This document shows, one piece after another, positions 20,114 to 29,222 of a stretch of 64,000 bases of DNA. Position 1 is the stretch's first letter. Each line of letters opens with the position of its first letter. The stretch is from an uncultured bacterium (GTDB lineage: Bacteria; Desulfobacterota; Deferrimicrobia; J040): NCBI GenBank assembly GCA_964429585.1, contig CAYSCN010000009.1, positions 3,816-67,815 on the forward strand, written 5' to 3'. The notes beneath the pieces were generated by a model, which was not told the DNA's origin, searched no databases, and saw only the letters and a program-made list of their open reading frames with translations. The position numbers were made by a program, and so were the translations under genes.

Positions 20114-20869
20114 TCACCAGCCTCCGCCGGCTCCTCCTCCGCCGAATCCTCCCCCGCCGAATCCGCCGAACCCCCCTCCGCCGAATCCTCCTCCACCGAA
20201 TCCTCCCCCGCCGATGAAGGGCCCTCCGAAGAAGATGAAGGGACCTCTGAAAATAGAGATGGAGCTGAAAACAATCACGAGGAGGATGATGATCAGGAGG
20301 AAGACCGTTCCTTTCGAGAGAGGGGCTTTCCTGGCTGGCTCCTGGGGGCTGCCCGGGACTCCTTTGGGCTTAAGGACGGATACTTTTCCGTCGGATAGAA
20401 GACGCGCTATCTCCCCTGTGGCGTAAAAAAGCCCCTCGCCGAATTTGCCCTGTCTGAAGTATGGTACCAGGAGGGTATCCCTTATTTCGCCCGCTTTCCC
20501 GTCAGTTATGACCGATTCTGCGCCGTATCCAGTGGCGATGAACAGCTGCCTGTCCTTGACCGCCACGACGATCAATACGCCGTTGTCTTTACCCTTTTCT
20601 CCTACCTTCCACTTTTCGAAGACGGCGAAGGTGTATTCGCTTATGGGAACTCCTCCCGTGGTGTCGATGGTGAGAATGCCTATTTCAGCGCCGGATACGC
20701 TCTTAAGCTGTCGTATCACCGCGTCGATCTTCGTTTCCCACTCGGGGGGAATCACGCCTGCGTAGTCATTCACGTATCCCCTGGGAGGGGGGACTTGAAT
20801 CGGCTTCGCCCAGGAAAGCGATGCGGCGAGGATGAGAAATCCAAGGAACGCAATGCCGATTTTCTTCAT
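20114..20869 (-). CDS. TPM domain (DUF477/YgcG) membrane protein with Gly-rich tail
   Basis: YVNDYAGVI, WKVGEKGKDNGVLIVVA, TGYGAE; C-terminal GGGGFGG repeats ending GGGW. Confidence 0.9.
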   Translation of the reverse strand: MKKIGIAFLGFLILAASLSWAKPIQVPPPRGYVNDYAGVIPPEWETKIDAVIRQLKSVSGAEIGILTIDTTGGVPISEYTFAVFEKWKVGEKGKDNGVLIVVAVKDRQLFIATGYGAESVITDGKAGEIRDTLLVPYFRQGKFGEGLFYATGEIARLLSDGKVSVLKPKGVPGSPQEPARKAPLSKGTVFLLIIILLVIVFSSISIFRGPFIFFGGPFIGGGGFGGGGFGGGGFGGFGGGGFGGGGAGGGW

Positions 20870-21570
20870 TTTTTCTCTTCCAGTTCGTCTGCTACCGTGC
20901 ACAGAGCTTTCACCTCCTCGAGATACCGGAGATAAAGTTTGACCGGCTCTTTGGTTTTGAGGTCCTTCTTTCTCAGCTCTCTCACTTCTTTTATGGCATC
21001 GAATTTTTTTCCCGTTTTTTCCTCGATGGCCGCGAGGTCTTTCTTCGGGTCTCCCGTGGGACTTTCTCCCATAAGAATCAAAAGTCCCCTGACCAGAGCG
21101 AGTATGGAGGATATGCTCTCGTTCAGCGGAATTGTGAGATTTCTGTCGTTGAAGGTGGAGAGGAAAATCTTTTTGAGAAGGAGAAGTTTTCCCTTGAGCT
21201 CGAATTCTATCTGGTGCCTGAGATTTTTGGGATCAACCTCTATGGTGTCGAAGGGGTCTGCTCCGTGCAGTACCCGTCTCCTTTTCAAAATGTCGATGTA
21301 TTCCATCGGAAAGACGTCGGCGGAGTTTTTCAGGAATTCCTCGGCCAAAAGCAGTGGGTTGCGAATCCCCTTCTTGATGTATTTTGGAGCTATGTTCCTG
21401 TATTCTGTGAGGTGTTTCGGTTCCACGTTCCGGGCTACAACCATCAGGTTTATGTCTTTCGGGTGAGTTTCATCCGGGTCTGCCGCGCTACCGTATAGAA
21501 TCACCGAAACCAGGTCGTCCCCGAATATCTTCTTCATTCTTTCGGTGAAATCGTTCAGTATCCCTTCCAT
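20866..21570 (-). CDS. Nucleotidyltransferase-fold protein
   Basis: LVSVILYGSAA...DINLMVV, DVFPMEYIDI; usual companion of lemA/TPM genes. Confidence 0.7.
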   Translation of the reverse strand: MEGILNDFTERMKKIFGDDLVSVILYGSAADPDETHPKDINLMVVARNVEPKHLTEYRNIAPKYIKKGIRNPLLLAEEFLKNSADVFPMEYIDILKRRRVLHGADPFDTIEVDPKNLRHQIEFELKGKLLLLKKIFLSTFNDRNLTIPLNESISSILALVRGLLILMGESPTGDPKKDLAAIEEKTGKKFDAIKEVRELRKKDLKTKEPVKLYLRYLEEVKALCTVADELEEKK

Positions 21571-21585
21571 CTTTCAAACCTCTCC

Positions 21586-21625
21586 TGCTTAATTTTTCGA
21601 CACCGTCATGTCCAAAAATTGGGCA
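21586..21625. promoter_or_regulatory. Tandem NtrC-type enhancer-binding sites (putative)
   Basis: Two 17-bp quasi-palindromes TGCTTAATTTTTCGACA (21586-21602) and TGTCCAAAAATTGGGCA (21609-21625), TGC-N11-GCA-like with an A/T core, about 130-165 bp upstream of a -24/-12 element. Confidence 0.55.
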
Positions 21626-21719
21626 TCGTCGGCTCGTTCTAAAATGATATCAGACGGAGGCGTCACATTGACAGCAAAATAGGGTTTCAATTTCATTGAC
21701 GTTTCGGTAGATTATTTAA

Positions 21720-22130
<411 letters not shown>

Positions 22131-22150
22131 CATACAAGGAGGAATTGGTC

Positions 22151-23572
22151 ATGGTGCCGAAGACACCGAAAGAAATCATCGATTTTTGCAAGAAAGAAAA
22201 CGTGGAGATGGTGGATCTGAAATTCCTCGATTTCCTCGGGATATGGCAGCACTTCGCTGTGCCCGTTTACGAGCTGAGCGAGGAGTCCTTCGAGGAAGGT
22301 TTCGGTTTCGATGGGTCCTCTATCAGGGGCTGGCAGCCGATCCACGCCAGCGACATGCTCGTCGTCCCGGATCCGGAGACTGCTGTAATTGACCCATTCA
22401 TCAAGAGGAAAACCATCACCTTCATCTGCAACGTGGTTGACCCCATAACCAAGGAGCCATACACCAGGGATCCGAGGAACATAGCAAGGAAGGCGGAGGC
22501 TTATCTCAAATCCACCGGGATAGGCGACGTGGCATTCTTTGGTCCGGAAGCGGAGTTCTTCATACTGGATGACGTGAGATACGCCTGTGACAAGAGCTTC
22601 TCTTTCTATCAGATTGATTCGATCGAGGGACAGTGGAATACCGGTAGAGAGGAAAACCCCAACCTCGGTTACAAGCCCAGATACAAAGAAGGGTATTTCC
22701 CCGTTCCTCCGACAGACTCCCTCCACGATCTGAGGGATGAGATGGTTCGCGTGATGGAGAGCATAGGCATAAAGGTCGAGTGCCAGCACCACGAAGTTGC
22801 TTGCGGCGGACAGGCGGAGATCGACCTGAGATACGCTCCCCTCGTGAAGTGCGCCGACAATCTCCAGTGGTACAAATACATAGTCAAGAACGTGGCGAGA
22901 AGGTTCGGCAAGACGGTCACTTTCATGCCGAAGCCGCTGTTCGAGGACAACGGTTCAGGGATGCACACCCACCAGTCGATATGGAAGGGTGATACCCCTG
23001 TTTTCGCCGGTGAGGAATACGGCGGGCTTTCCAAGATAGCTCTTTACTACGTCGGAGGAATTCTGAAGCACGCGAAGGCGCTCTGCGCGTTCACCAACCC
23101 CACCACCAATTCTTACAAGAGACTCGTTCCCGGATTCGAGGCTCCGGTCAATCTGGCCTATTCCAGCAGAAACAGGTCCGCAGCTGTGAGGATACCCATG
23201 TATTCCCCCTCCCCGAAGGCGAAGAGAATCGAGTACAGGACTCCGGACCCGTCGTGCAACGGTTATCTGGCGTTTGCCGCCATGTTGATGGCTGGCCTCG
23301 ACGGGATACTCAACAAGATCGATCCGGGCGAACCGATGGACAAAGACCTCTACTCCCTTTCCCCCGAGGAGCTGGCTGGCATTCCTCAGACGCCGGCCTC
23401 CCTGGAAGAGGCTCTCAAGGCTCTCGAGGAGGATCACGAGTTTCTCCTCAAGGGTGATGTGTTTACTCCGGACGTCATCGAGACCTGGATCCAGTACAAG
23501 AGGGAGAACGAAGTCTCTCAGTTTTACAGCAGGCCTCACCCGGTGGAGTTCATGCTTTACTTCGACTGCTGA
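22151..23572 (+). CDS. glnA: Glutamine synthetase type I
   Basis: [50 protein letters not shown], adenylylation-site motif DKDLY. Confidence 0.97.
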   Translation: MVPKTPKEIIDFCKKENVEMVDLKFLDFLGIWQHFAVPVYELSEESFEEGFGFDGSSIRGWQPIHASDMLVVPDPETAVIDPFIKRKTITFICNVVDPITKEPYTRDPRNIARKAEAYLKSTGIGDVAFFGPEAEFFILDDVRYACDKSFSFYQIDSIEGQWNTGREENPNLGYKPRYKEGYFPVPPTDSLHDLRDEMVRVMESIGIKVECQHHEVACGGQAEIDLRYAPLVKCADNLQWYKYIVKNVARRFGKTVTFMPKPLFEDNGSGMHTHQSIWKGDTPVFAGEEYGGLSKIALYYVGGILKHAKALCAFTNPTTNSYKRLVPGFEAPVNLAYSSRNRSAAVRIPMYSPSPKAKRIEYRTPDPSCNGYLAFAAMLMAGLDGILNKIDPGEPMDKDLYSLSPEELAGIPQTPASLEEALKALEEDHEFLLKGDVFTPDVIETWIQYKRENEVSQFYSRPHPVEFMLYFDC

Positions 23573-23589
23573 TACTGCCCATATTGATT

Positions 23590-23625
23590 AAAAGGCGGAC
23601 CTTTTACGGTCCGCCTTTTTTTTTT
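23590..23625 (+). terminator. Rho-independent terminator after glnA
   Basis: AAAAGGCGGACC-TTTTAC-GGTCCGCCTTTTTTTTTT hairpin plus T-tract. Confidence 0.9.
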
Positions 23626-23650
23626 CGTGATAATCACCCCATTTTTGGAG

Positions 23651-23669
23651 TAGAATAATCATTCTCAAT
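23651..23669. promoter_or_regulatory. Fur-box-like or TetR operator site (putative)
   Basis: TAGAATAATCATTCTCAAT contains the inverted repeat AGAAT-AATC-ATTCT, just upstream of tetR-tolC. Confidence 0.35.
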
Positions 23670-23692
23670 CATCTCGTTTTCGGAGGCTCGTT

Positions 23693-24307
23693 TTGGGCGT
23701 GAGGAATCTGGCGAGAGAAGAGAGAAAAAAGCTCGTGCTGGATGCGGCGGAGAAGGTGATTGCCAGGAAGGGATTCTCGTCGACGACGATGGAGGATGTT
23801 TCCAGAAGCTGTGGTCTTGGAATGAGGTCTCTCTACTCCCTCTTTCCGAGCAAGGGGGCTCTGTTTGCTGCCGTGGCCGAGAGAAAGGCGGAGGAGATAA
23901 GGAAATGCGTAGAGCAGAGCATCGAGAAGGAAAAGACCCCACCTGGAAAGGTGAGGGCGCTTCTTCTCTCGGTTCTCGCCATGAGAGAGAGAAACAGGGA
24001 GATGTTTCGGTTTTACGTGTTCGAACGGCACCTCTTCGAGTGGGAGATTCGCTCAGAGCTCGGAGAGAAGTTTCACAATCTCTACAGAGATCTTCTTCTC
24101 ATGCTGTCCCGACTCATAGAGGAGGGCGTGAAAGCGGGAGATTTTTCCTCCATAGAGCCGGAGCTGGGCGCATCGATTTTGATGGGGGGGATAAATACCA
24201 TTACATATCTTTGGCTTTACAACGAGGAAAAGCGGAATCTCATGGAAGAGGGGGAGAAATTGTGGGAATTCTTCATGAAGGCGGTGGGGAAAAGGAGCGA
24301 AGAATGA
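23693..24307 (+). CDS. TetR/AcrR family transcriptional regulator
   Basis: N-terminal HTH LDAAEKVIARKGFSSTTMEDV...LYSLFPSKGALF. Confidence 0.88.
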   Translation: MGVRNLAREERKKLVLDAAEKVIARKGFSSTTMEDVSRSCGLGMRSLYSLFPSKGALFAAVAERKAEEIRKCVEQSIEKEKTPPGKVRALLLSVLAMRERNREMFRFYVFERHLFEWEIRSELGEKFHNLYRDLLLMLSRLIEEGVKAGDFSSIEPELGASILMGGINTITYLWLYNEEKRNLMEEGEKLWEFFMKAVGKRSEE

Positions 24308-25620
24308 AGAGAAGGGCCAGTGGGTTGTTTATCGTCGCTTTTCTCGCCTTTTTTGCTCTTTTCCCGGAGCTCGGAATGGGAAAGGAGTGGCGATTGTCGG
24401 AGCTGGTCAGGATTTCCATCGAAAAATCGCCGGAGGTGAAGAGGGCTCTTTTGGCTTCTGAGATGGCTCTGGTGAAGAAGAAGGAAGCTCTTTCGTATTA
24501 TTTCCCGACTCTCGATTTGTCCGGGGAGCTGGTTTTCCTGGACAACCCGCCTTCCGCGATAATTCCCGGTCTTCCAGGGCCTGTGCCAATATCGGAGAAG
24601 AACCTCCAGAGGTATCGTCTTGAGATGAATTACGTTGTCTTCGATTTCGGCAGGAGAAAAGGTGCGAATAAGATCGCTTCCATAGGGGAGAAACTTTCCG
24701 GCGAGAGTGAAAGGCTGACCAGGGAGGAAAAGGCTTTCTCCGTGGCCAGGGCGGTTGTGGACCTTTTGAGAGCCAGGTCCCTGTCCCGGGTGGCTTCTGA
24801 AGCTCTGGAGATGGCGAAGGAGCATGCCCGGGTTGCTGAGGCTTTTTACGAGGAGGGTGTTATTCCCAAGACCGGCCTGCTCGAGGCGGAAGTCAGCGTG
24901 AAGGAAGCCGAGAGAAGACTTTTGTCTGCGAAAAACAGGGTGGAGCTGGCATTCGCGAGACTTATGGTGGAGCTTGGGACGGAACTTCCTGGGGATGAGT
25001 TTAGAGTGGAGGACCTTCCGCAGGTGGAGCTTGCTGGCGGGATGGATGAGGACTTAAAGGTGGCGCTCGCCAGACGGAGCGAAATTTCCCTGAAGGAATT
25101 GGCGAAGAAAATGTCGGAGGAAGAAAGAAAACTGGCGACCACGGAGATCTTCCCCGTTGTATTCCTGAACTCGAGCGTTTCCTACGAGTCGAACGAGCTG
25201 AACCCCTACAGGCGGGTCTACGCAGGGGTAGTTGGCGTGAAGTGGAACCTGTTCTCAGGATTCAGGGATGTTCAGAAGAGGAGGCTCGCCGCGCTGGAGG
25301 CGGAGCAGTTGAAGACGGATAAAAGAAAGGTCAGGGACCTGATTTCTCTCGAGGTGAAAGATGCCTATTTAAAGTTCGTGGAGGCGAGAGAGCAGCTTAA
25401 GGTGGCGGAGGCGGCTGTGGAGAAAGCGCGGGAAAACTTCAGGATGACTTCCGAGAGGTTCAAGGAGGGCGAAGCGACGTCTTCGGATGTGATAGACGCC
25501 CAGTTTCTCCTGACCCGTTCCATGACGGAGGAAGAGAACGCGAGATTCGACCTGATACTCGCGGGTTTCAGAAGACTCAGGGCGAGGGGAGAATTCCTGG
25601 AGTGGGTGTTGGGAAGGTGA
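24304..25620 (+). CDS. TolC family outer membrane efflux protein
   Basis: Signal peptide from MKRRASG; two OEP repeats (YFPTLDL..FDFG; FPVVFL..WNLFSG), F..GEATSSDVIDAQ. Confidence 0.88.
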   Translation: MKRRASGLFIVAFLAFFALFPELGMGKEWRLSELVRISIEKSPEVKRALLASEMALVKKKEALSYYFPTLDLSGELVFLDNPPSAIIPGLPGPVPISEKNLQRYRLEMNYVVFDFGRRKGANKIASIGEKLSGESERLTREEKAFSVARAVVDLLRARSLSRVASEALEMAKEHARVAEAFYEEGVIPKTGLLEAEVSVKEAERRLLSAKNRVELAFARLMVELGTELPGDEFRVEDLPQVELAGGMDEDLKVALARRSEISLKELAKKMSEEERKLATTEIFPVVFLNSSVSYESNELNPYRRVYAGVVGVKWNLFSGFRDVQKRRLAALEAEQLKTDKRKVRDLISLEVKDAYLKFVEAREQLKVAEAAVEKARENFRMTSERFKEGEATSSDVIDAQFLLTRSMTEEENARFDLILAGFRRLRARGEFLEWVLGR

Positions 25621-25635
25621 CGGTGAACGGAGATG

Positions 25636-25896
25636 CCGGACAGTCGAATTGCCGAACCACGTGGCTTCGAACCGCGAAAGCGCCGAACCAACGAGGCACC
25701 GAGGCACCGAGGAACCGAACCGCCGCATCTGCGAGCGGGTGGGCCGTGATTACGTGATTGCGTGGATGCGTGATTGCGTAAAATTCCACGTAACGACGCA
25801 ACCACCCAACCACTCAGCTACGAACCATCGTTTTCGTGGTTGGAACATTCGAATTTCGGGCTTGTTTCGTGTTTCGAATTTCGTGCTTCGTGCTTG
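25636..25896. repeat. Modular periodic-repeat palindrome, locus 1 (C arm, A hairpin 25741-25826, B arm)
   Basis: 8-mer CCGAACCN/CCGAGGCA tract, then (GTGATTGC)n...(GCAACCAC)n hairpin, then 7-mer TTCGAAT/TTCGTGC tract. Confidence 0.8.
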
Positions 25897-25918
25897 AAAA
25901 AACAATGGGAGGGGTCCG

Positions 25919-26845
25919 GTGAACAAGAAAAAACTTATCGAGGACGTACTGGCTGGGAAGGAAGTGGAACATCCGCCAGTGACGCTATGGTATCACTTCG
26001 GGGTTCACCACGGGAGCGGCGAGAGGTTCGCGGAACTTGCCCTCGACTATTTCTTCCACTACGACTTCGACTTCCTCAAGGTGATGAACGACTACTACTA
26101 TCCTCTGCCTGATGGGCTGGAAAGAATAAAAACCGCTGGTGACATAGAGAAACTCTGTCTTCTCACGATTGAGAAGACAGACTGGTCCGAGCAGTTGAAG
26201 GCACTCCGGGTCGTAGGTAGGAAACTCCGGGATGAGGCCTATTTCATAGATACCGTGTTCGACCCATGGCACACCTTCAAGAGAGCCCTGGCGGGTGAGA
26301 ATCTGGAGAGGCTGATGGAGGATGAGCCCGTGGCGACTCACAGGGGGCTCGAGATAATAACGGAGAACCTCATCAGATACTGCAAGAAGGCCATAGCCGA
26401 GGGAGCTGCCGGGATATTCCTTTCCATTCCCGCCGGAGAAGAGATGGTGTCAAGGGAGCAATTCCTCGAGTTCGTGAAGCCATATTCGAAAACGCTTCTG
26501 GAGGAGATAAAGAGTGAGGCGCTTTTCAACGTTGCGCATGTTCACGGAGAAAAGGTTTACATGGACGAGTGCCTAGACCTCCCCGCCCACGTGTTCAACT
26601 GGTGGGACAGGGGACCGCACGGACCTTCGCTTTCGGACGTGAAGGGTAAAATAAATGGCTGCGTGATGGGAGGGATCGACCACACGATTCTGCCGAGACA
26701 CACCCTGGAGTTCATCAGGAATCACGTGAGGGAAGGGAAAGCTCTCGGAGGGAATAGCAGGTTCATTCTGGCGGGTGGGTGCTCGATAAGCTCGTCGCTT
26801 CCCCCGAGGGCAATAAGAGTTATAGTGGATGAGGCGAGGAGATGA
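25919..26845 (+). CDS. Uroporphyrinogen decarboxylase / MtaA-like superfamily protein
   Basis: PPVTLWYHF, DFDFLKVMND, HVHG, CVMGGID, FILAGGCS. Confidence 0.75.
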   Translation: MNKKKLIEDVLAGKEVEHPPVTLWYHFGVHHGSGERFAELALDYFFHYDFDFLKVMNDYYYPLPDGLERIKTAGDIEKLCLLTIEKTDWSEQLKALRVVGRKLRDEAYFIDTVFDPWHTFKRALAGENLERLMEDEPVATHRGLEIITENLIRYCKKAIAEGAAGIFLSIPAGEEMVSREQFLEFVKPYSKTLLEEIKSEALFNVAHVHGEKVYMDECLDLPAHVFNWWDRGPHGPSLSDVKGKINGCVMGGIDHTILPRHTLEFIRNHVREGKALGGNSRFILAGGCSISSSLPPRAIRVIVDEARR

Positions 26846-26856
26846 TGTATTTTTGA

Positions 26857-26944
26857 AAACGGGCGGGGATGAACCGCCGCCCCTACGGAGTTTGCCCGAA
26901 AATAATGATATGTCGTAGGGGAGGGGTTTACCCCCTCCCGTTTT
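26857..26944. repeat. REP-like doublet (two GTAG-headed palindromes in inverted orientation)
   Basis: Minus strand GTAGGGGCGGCGGTTCATCCCCGCCC (26886-26861) and plus strand GTAGGGGAGGGGTTTACCCCCTCCC (26915-26939), flanked by AAAAC/GTTTT. Confidence 0.75.
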
Positions 26945-26949
26945 AAACG

Positions 26950-26989
26950 TGGCCCGAGGTTGCGTATTTGTGTGGTTGCGTGGTTGCGA
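26950..26989. repeat. Modular repeat locus 2: left half of an A-type octamer hairpin only
   Basis: GAGGTTGC GTATTTGT GTGGTTGC GTGGTTGC G; no complementary arm before the msrA stop. Confidence 0.65.
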
Positions 26990-27014
26990 GAAGGGCGAAA
27001 GTAAATCCCCCCTG

Positions 27015-27638
27015 CTATTTCCATATTTTCTTCAGGAACTGATCTCTCCCTGAGCCGTATCTGTAAAATTTGTACCTGAGAGGGTTCTTTTTGTAGTAGT
27101 CCTGGTGATATTCTTCGGCGGGGTAGAAGGGGCCTGCCGGCAGTATCTCTGTGACGATGGGAGAATCGAAGATGCCCGACCTCTGGAGCTTTGTCTTGGA
27201 TTCCTCAGCAGTCCGCTTCTGTTCGTCCGAGTGGTAAAAAATTGCTGTTCTGTACTGAGGCCCCCTGTCCACGAACTGACCTCCGGAATCGGTCGGATTC
27301 ACGTTTCTCCAGAAAACGTCGAGCAGCTCGGCGTATGACACGACAGACGGATCGAAGGTGACTCGAATTGCTTCCAGGTGACCGGTCGTTCCCGAAGATA
27401 CCTCTTCGTAAGTGGGGTTTTTCGTCGTTCCTCCGGTGTAGCCGACGATGGTATCGACAACGCCCTCCGTCGCGTCGAACGGAGGCTCCATGCACCAGAA
27501 GCACCCTCCGGCGAAAGTAGCGACTTCTAGCCCGGTTTCTTTTGATTTCCCGCTTTCTCCTTTCACGTCCAATCCTCCGAGTATCACTGTTCCCGCGAGG
27601 GCGAGCGCCATCAGAACCGCTTTGAATGTTTTTTTCAT
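27015..27638 (-). CDS. msrA: Peptide-methionine (S)-S-oxide reductase with N-terminal signal/anchor
   Basis: [51 protein letters not shown]. Confidence 0.93.
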   Translation of the reverse strand: MKKTFKAVLMALALAGTVILGGLDVKGESGKSKETGLEVATFAGGCFWCMEPPFDATEGVVDTIVGYTGGTTKNPTYEEVSSGTTGHLEAIRVTFDPSVVSYAELLDVFWRNVNPTDSGGQFVDRGPQYRTAIFYHSDEQKRTAEESKTKLQRSGIFDSPIVTEILPAGPFYPAEEYHQDYYKKNPLRYKFYRYGSGRDQFLKKIWK

Positions 27639-27793
27639 CTGATTATATCCATGCCGTTTGTCATAAGATGCCGCTACTGCGGGATGGGTGCCTGTTTTTT
27701 CAAATCCGTTTCTTTTCCTATTCAACCGGATTTGATGCAAAATATGGTGAAGAGTATCGCGCTCGTTGTCAATTCATCCTTCAGGGGGGCGAA

Positions 27794-28210
27794 ATGGTTC
27801 ACACAGGAAGAATAGCTCTCACGACCAGAGGGTTTTGCGATTTCCACGACGTGACCGGAGAGGTGGAAGCGGTTCTGTCGGAATCGGGTGTTTCCAACGG
27901 GATTGTCACCGTCTTCGCAGTGGGCTCGACCTGCGCTGTCACCACGATCGAATTCGAGAGCGGAGCTTTGAACGACCTGAGGAAGGCGATAGAGAGAATC
28001 GCTCCCGCCGATATCCATTACGACCACGACAGAAGGTGGGGAGACGGCAACGGCTTTTCCCACGTGAGGGCTGCGCTTCTCAAACCCTCCGTCTCTATTC
28101 CTGTCATAGGTGGGCGTCTTTCGCTCGGCACGTGGCAGCAGGTTGTCTTCGTTGATTTCGACAACAGGGCGCGCCGCAGGGAGATAATCGTTCAGGTGGT
28201 GGGGGAGTGA
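27794..28210 (+). CDS. yjbQ: YjbQ/UPF0047 family protein
   Basis: GSTCAVTTIE, HD...GDGNGFSHVRAAL, LGTWQQVVFVDFD. Confidence 0.9.
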   Translation: MVHTGRIALTTRGFCDFHDVTGEVEAVLSESGVSNGIVTVFAVGSTCAVTTIEFESGALNDLRKAIERIAPADIHYDHDRRWGDGNGFSHVRAALLKPSVSIPVIGGRLSLGTWQQVVFVDFDNRARRREIIVQVVGE

Positions 28211-28215
28211 GCCGG

Positions 28216-28455
28216 GAATCTCGAAACAAATCCTTCCCTGATGAAACGCGTGGTTCGAAGTTCGTGTAGTTGGGTAGTTGACGTAGTTGGGTGGTTGTGT
28301 GGCTGCGTAATTTTACGCAAACACGCATCCACGATAACTACGCCACCACAAAAACACGAACCACTTTAACACCACGTTTCGGTCATTAGAATTTTGATAT
28401 TCGAATTCGTTTCGAGTTTAGTGCTTTGTACTTCGGATTTAGGATTCGCAATTCC
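28216..28455. repeat. Modular repeat locus 3 (B remnant, A hairpin 28250-28364, B arm 28376-28445)
   Basis: GTGGTTCG...(GTAGTTGG)n...(ACGCANNC)n...CGAACCAC hairpin followed by a GTTTCGGTCATT...TTCGAAT heptamer tract similar to 46108-46172. Confidence 0.8.
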
Positions 28456-28508
28456 TGCCTTCCCGCCCGGAGATGCCAACCTAGGACTGCTGAAATAATG
28501 GGAGGAGT

Positions 28509-29222
28509 TCAACCCTCGTCGACGTATTTCCGTATCAGACGGGCGCTTCGTTCGTCGATTTTTTCGAAGTAGACGGCGAATCCGGGGAAAGAGATCACCT
28601 TTCTCTCTTTGCCCTCGGGGCCGGACACGATCATGCCGGACGGACTCACTCTCGTGGAATACAGCACGGGGCCTTCCGCTTCTATTTTCTGGCTTCCAAT
28701 GCTGAAACGGACCTTGACGCGCTCACCTCTTTCGGGGGGCGAAACAGTCCTTATAAACGCGCCGAAGTAGCTGAGAGAGCTGATTTCGCTCACCTTTATG
28801 ATTCCTTTTACCTCGTATTCCACCGGGATGGACGTCCACAAACGGGGGGATTTTCTCGTGTTTTCCCCTTCGTAGAGAATCCCGCGAATGAGCGAGGAGA
28901 TTTCCTCGTCGGAGGAGGTGGGAGATATGGTTTGTTTCCCTCTCAAGGTAGAGTCTTCCGGCTCGTCTGCGCATATGATGAAGCCGCCGGCTTTGGAAAG
29001 TAGCTCAAAGGGGCTCTCTTCTTCCAGATATGAGAGGAAAGACGAGGAGAGGACCAGTAGACATTCTTCTATCGGTTGAGGGATCCTTCCGATGGAGGAT
29101 TTTTCCGGAGGAAAGACGATGACAGACAGCCCGCTCTCGGACAGAAGTGGTTTCACTCTTTCCTCCAGGAACCTGCCCATTCCTATTATGACGGCGCGCT
29201 TGAGAGGCATGCTTCTCCTCAC
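28509..29222 (-). CDS. PilZ domain protein with degenerate N-terminal domain
   Basis: RKSPR (RxxxR) then SLSYFGAFI, C-terminal GFAVYF. Confidence 0.7.
   Translation of the reverse strand: MRRSMPLKRAVIIGMGRFLEERVKPLLSESGLSVIVFPPEKSSIGRIPQPIEECLLVLSSSFLSYLEEESPFELLSKAGGFIICADEPEDSTLRGKQTISPTSSDEEISSLIRGILYEGENTRKSPRLWTSIPVEYEVKGIIKVSEISSLSYFGAFIRTVSPPERGERVKVRFSIGSQKIEAEGPVLYSTRVSPSGMIVSGPEGKERKVISFPGFAVYFEKIDERSARLIRKYVDEG

Noticed and set aside
20114-20230. GGCGGAGGAGGATTC-type tandem repeat and the acidic 19477-20274 ORF
   Set aside because: The repeat encodes the normal Gly-rich tail of TPM/YgcG proteins; the alternative-frame ORF is a by-product
23905-24303. Long N-terminal extensions in the ORF track (tolC 23905, tolB 34642, GT4 9871, polX 3415, yjbQ 27626)
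   Set aside because: They overlap upstream genes; downstream ATGs with signal peptides or family N-termini fit better
25636-28455. Integron attC cassette array
   Set aside because: There is no intI, the genes between repeats are in mixed orientations, and I could not find consistent RYYYAAC...GTTRRRY ends
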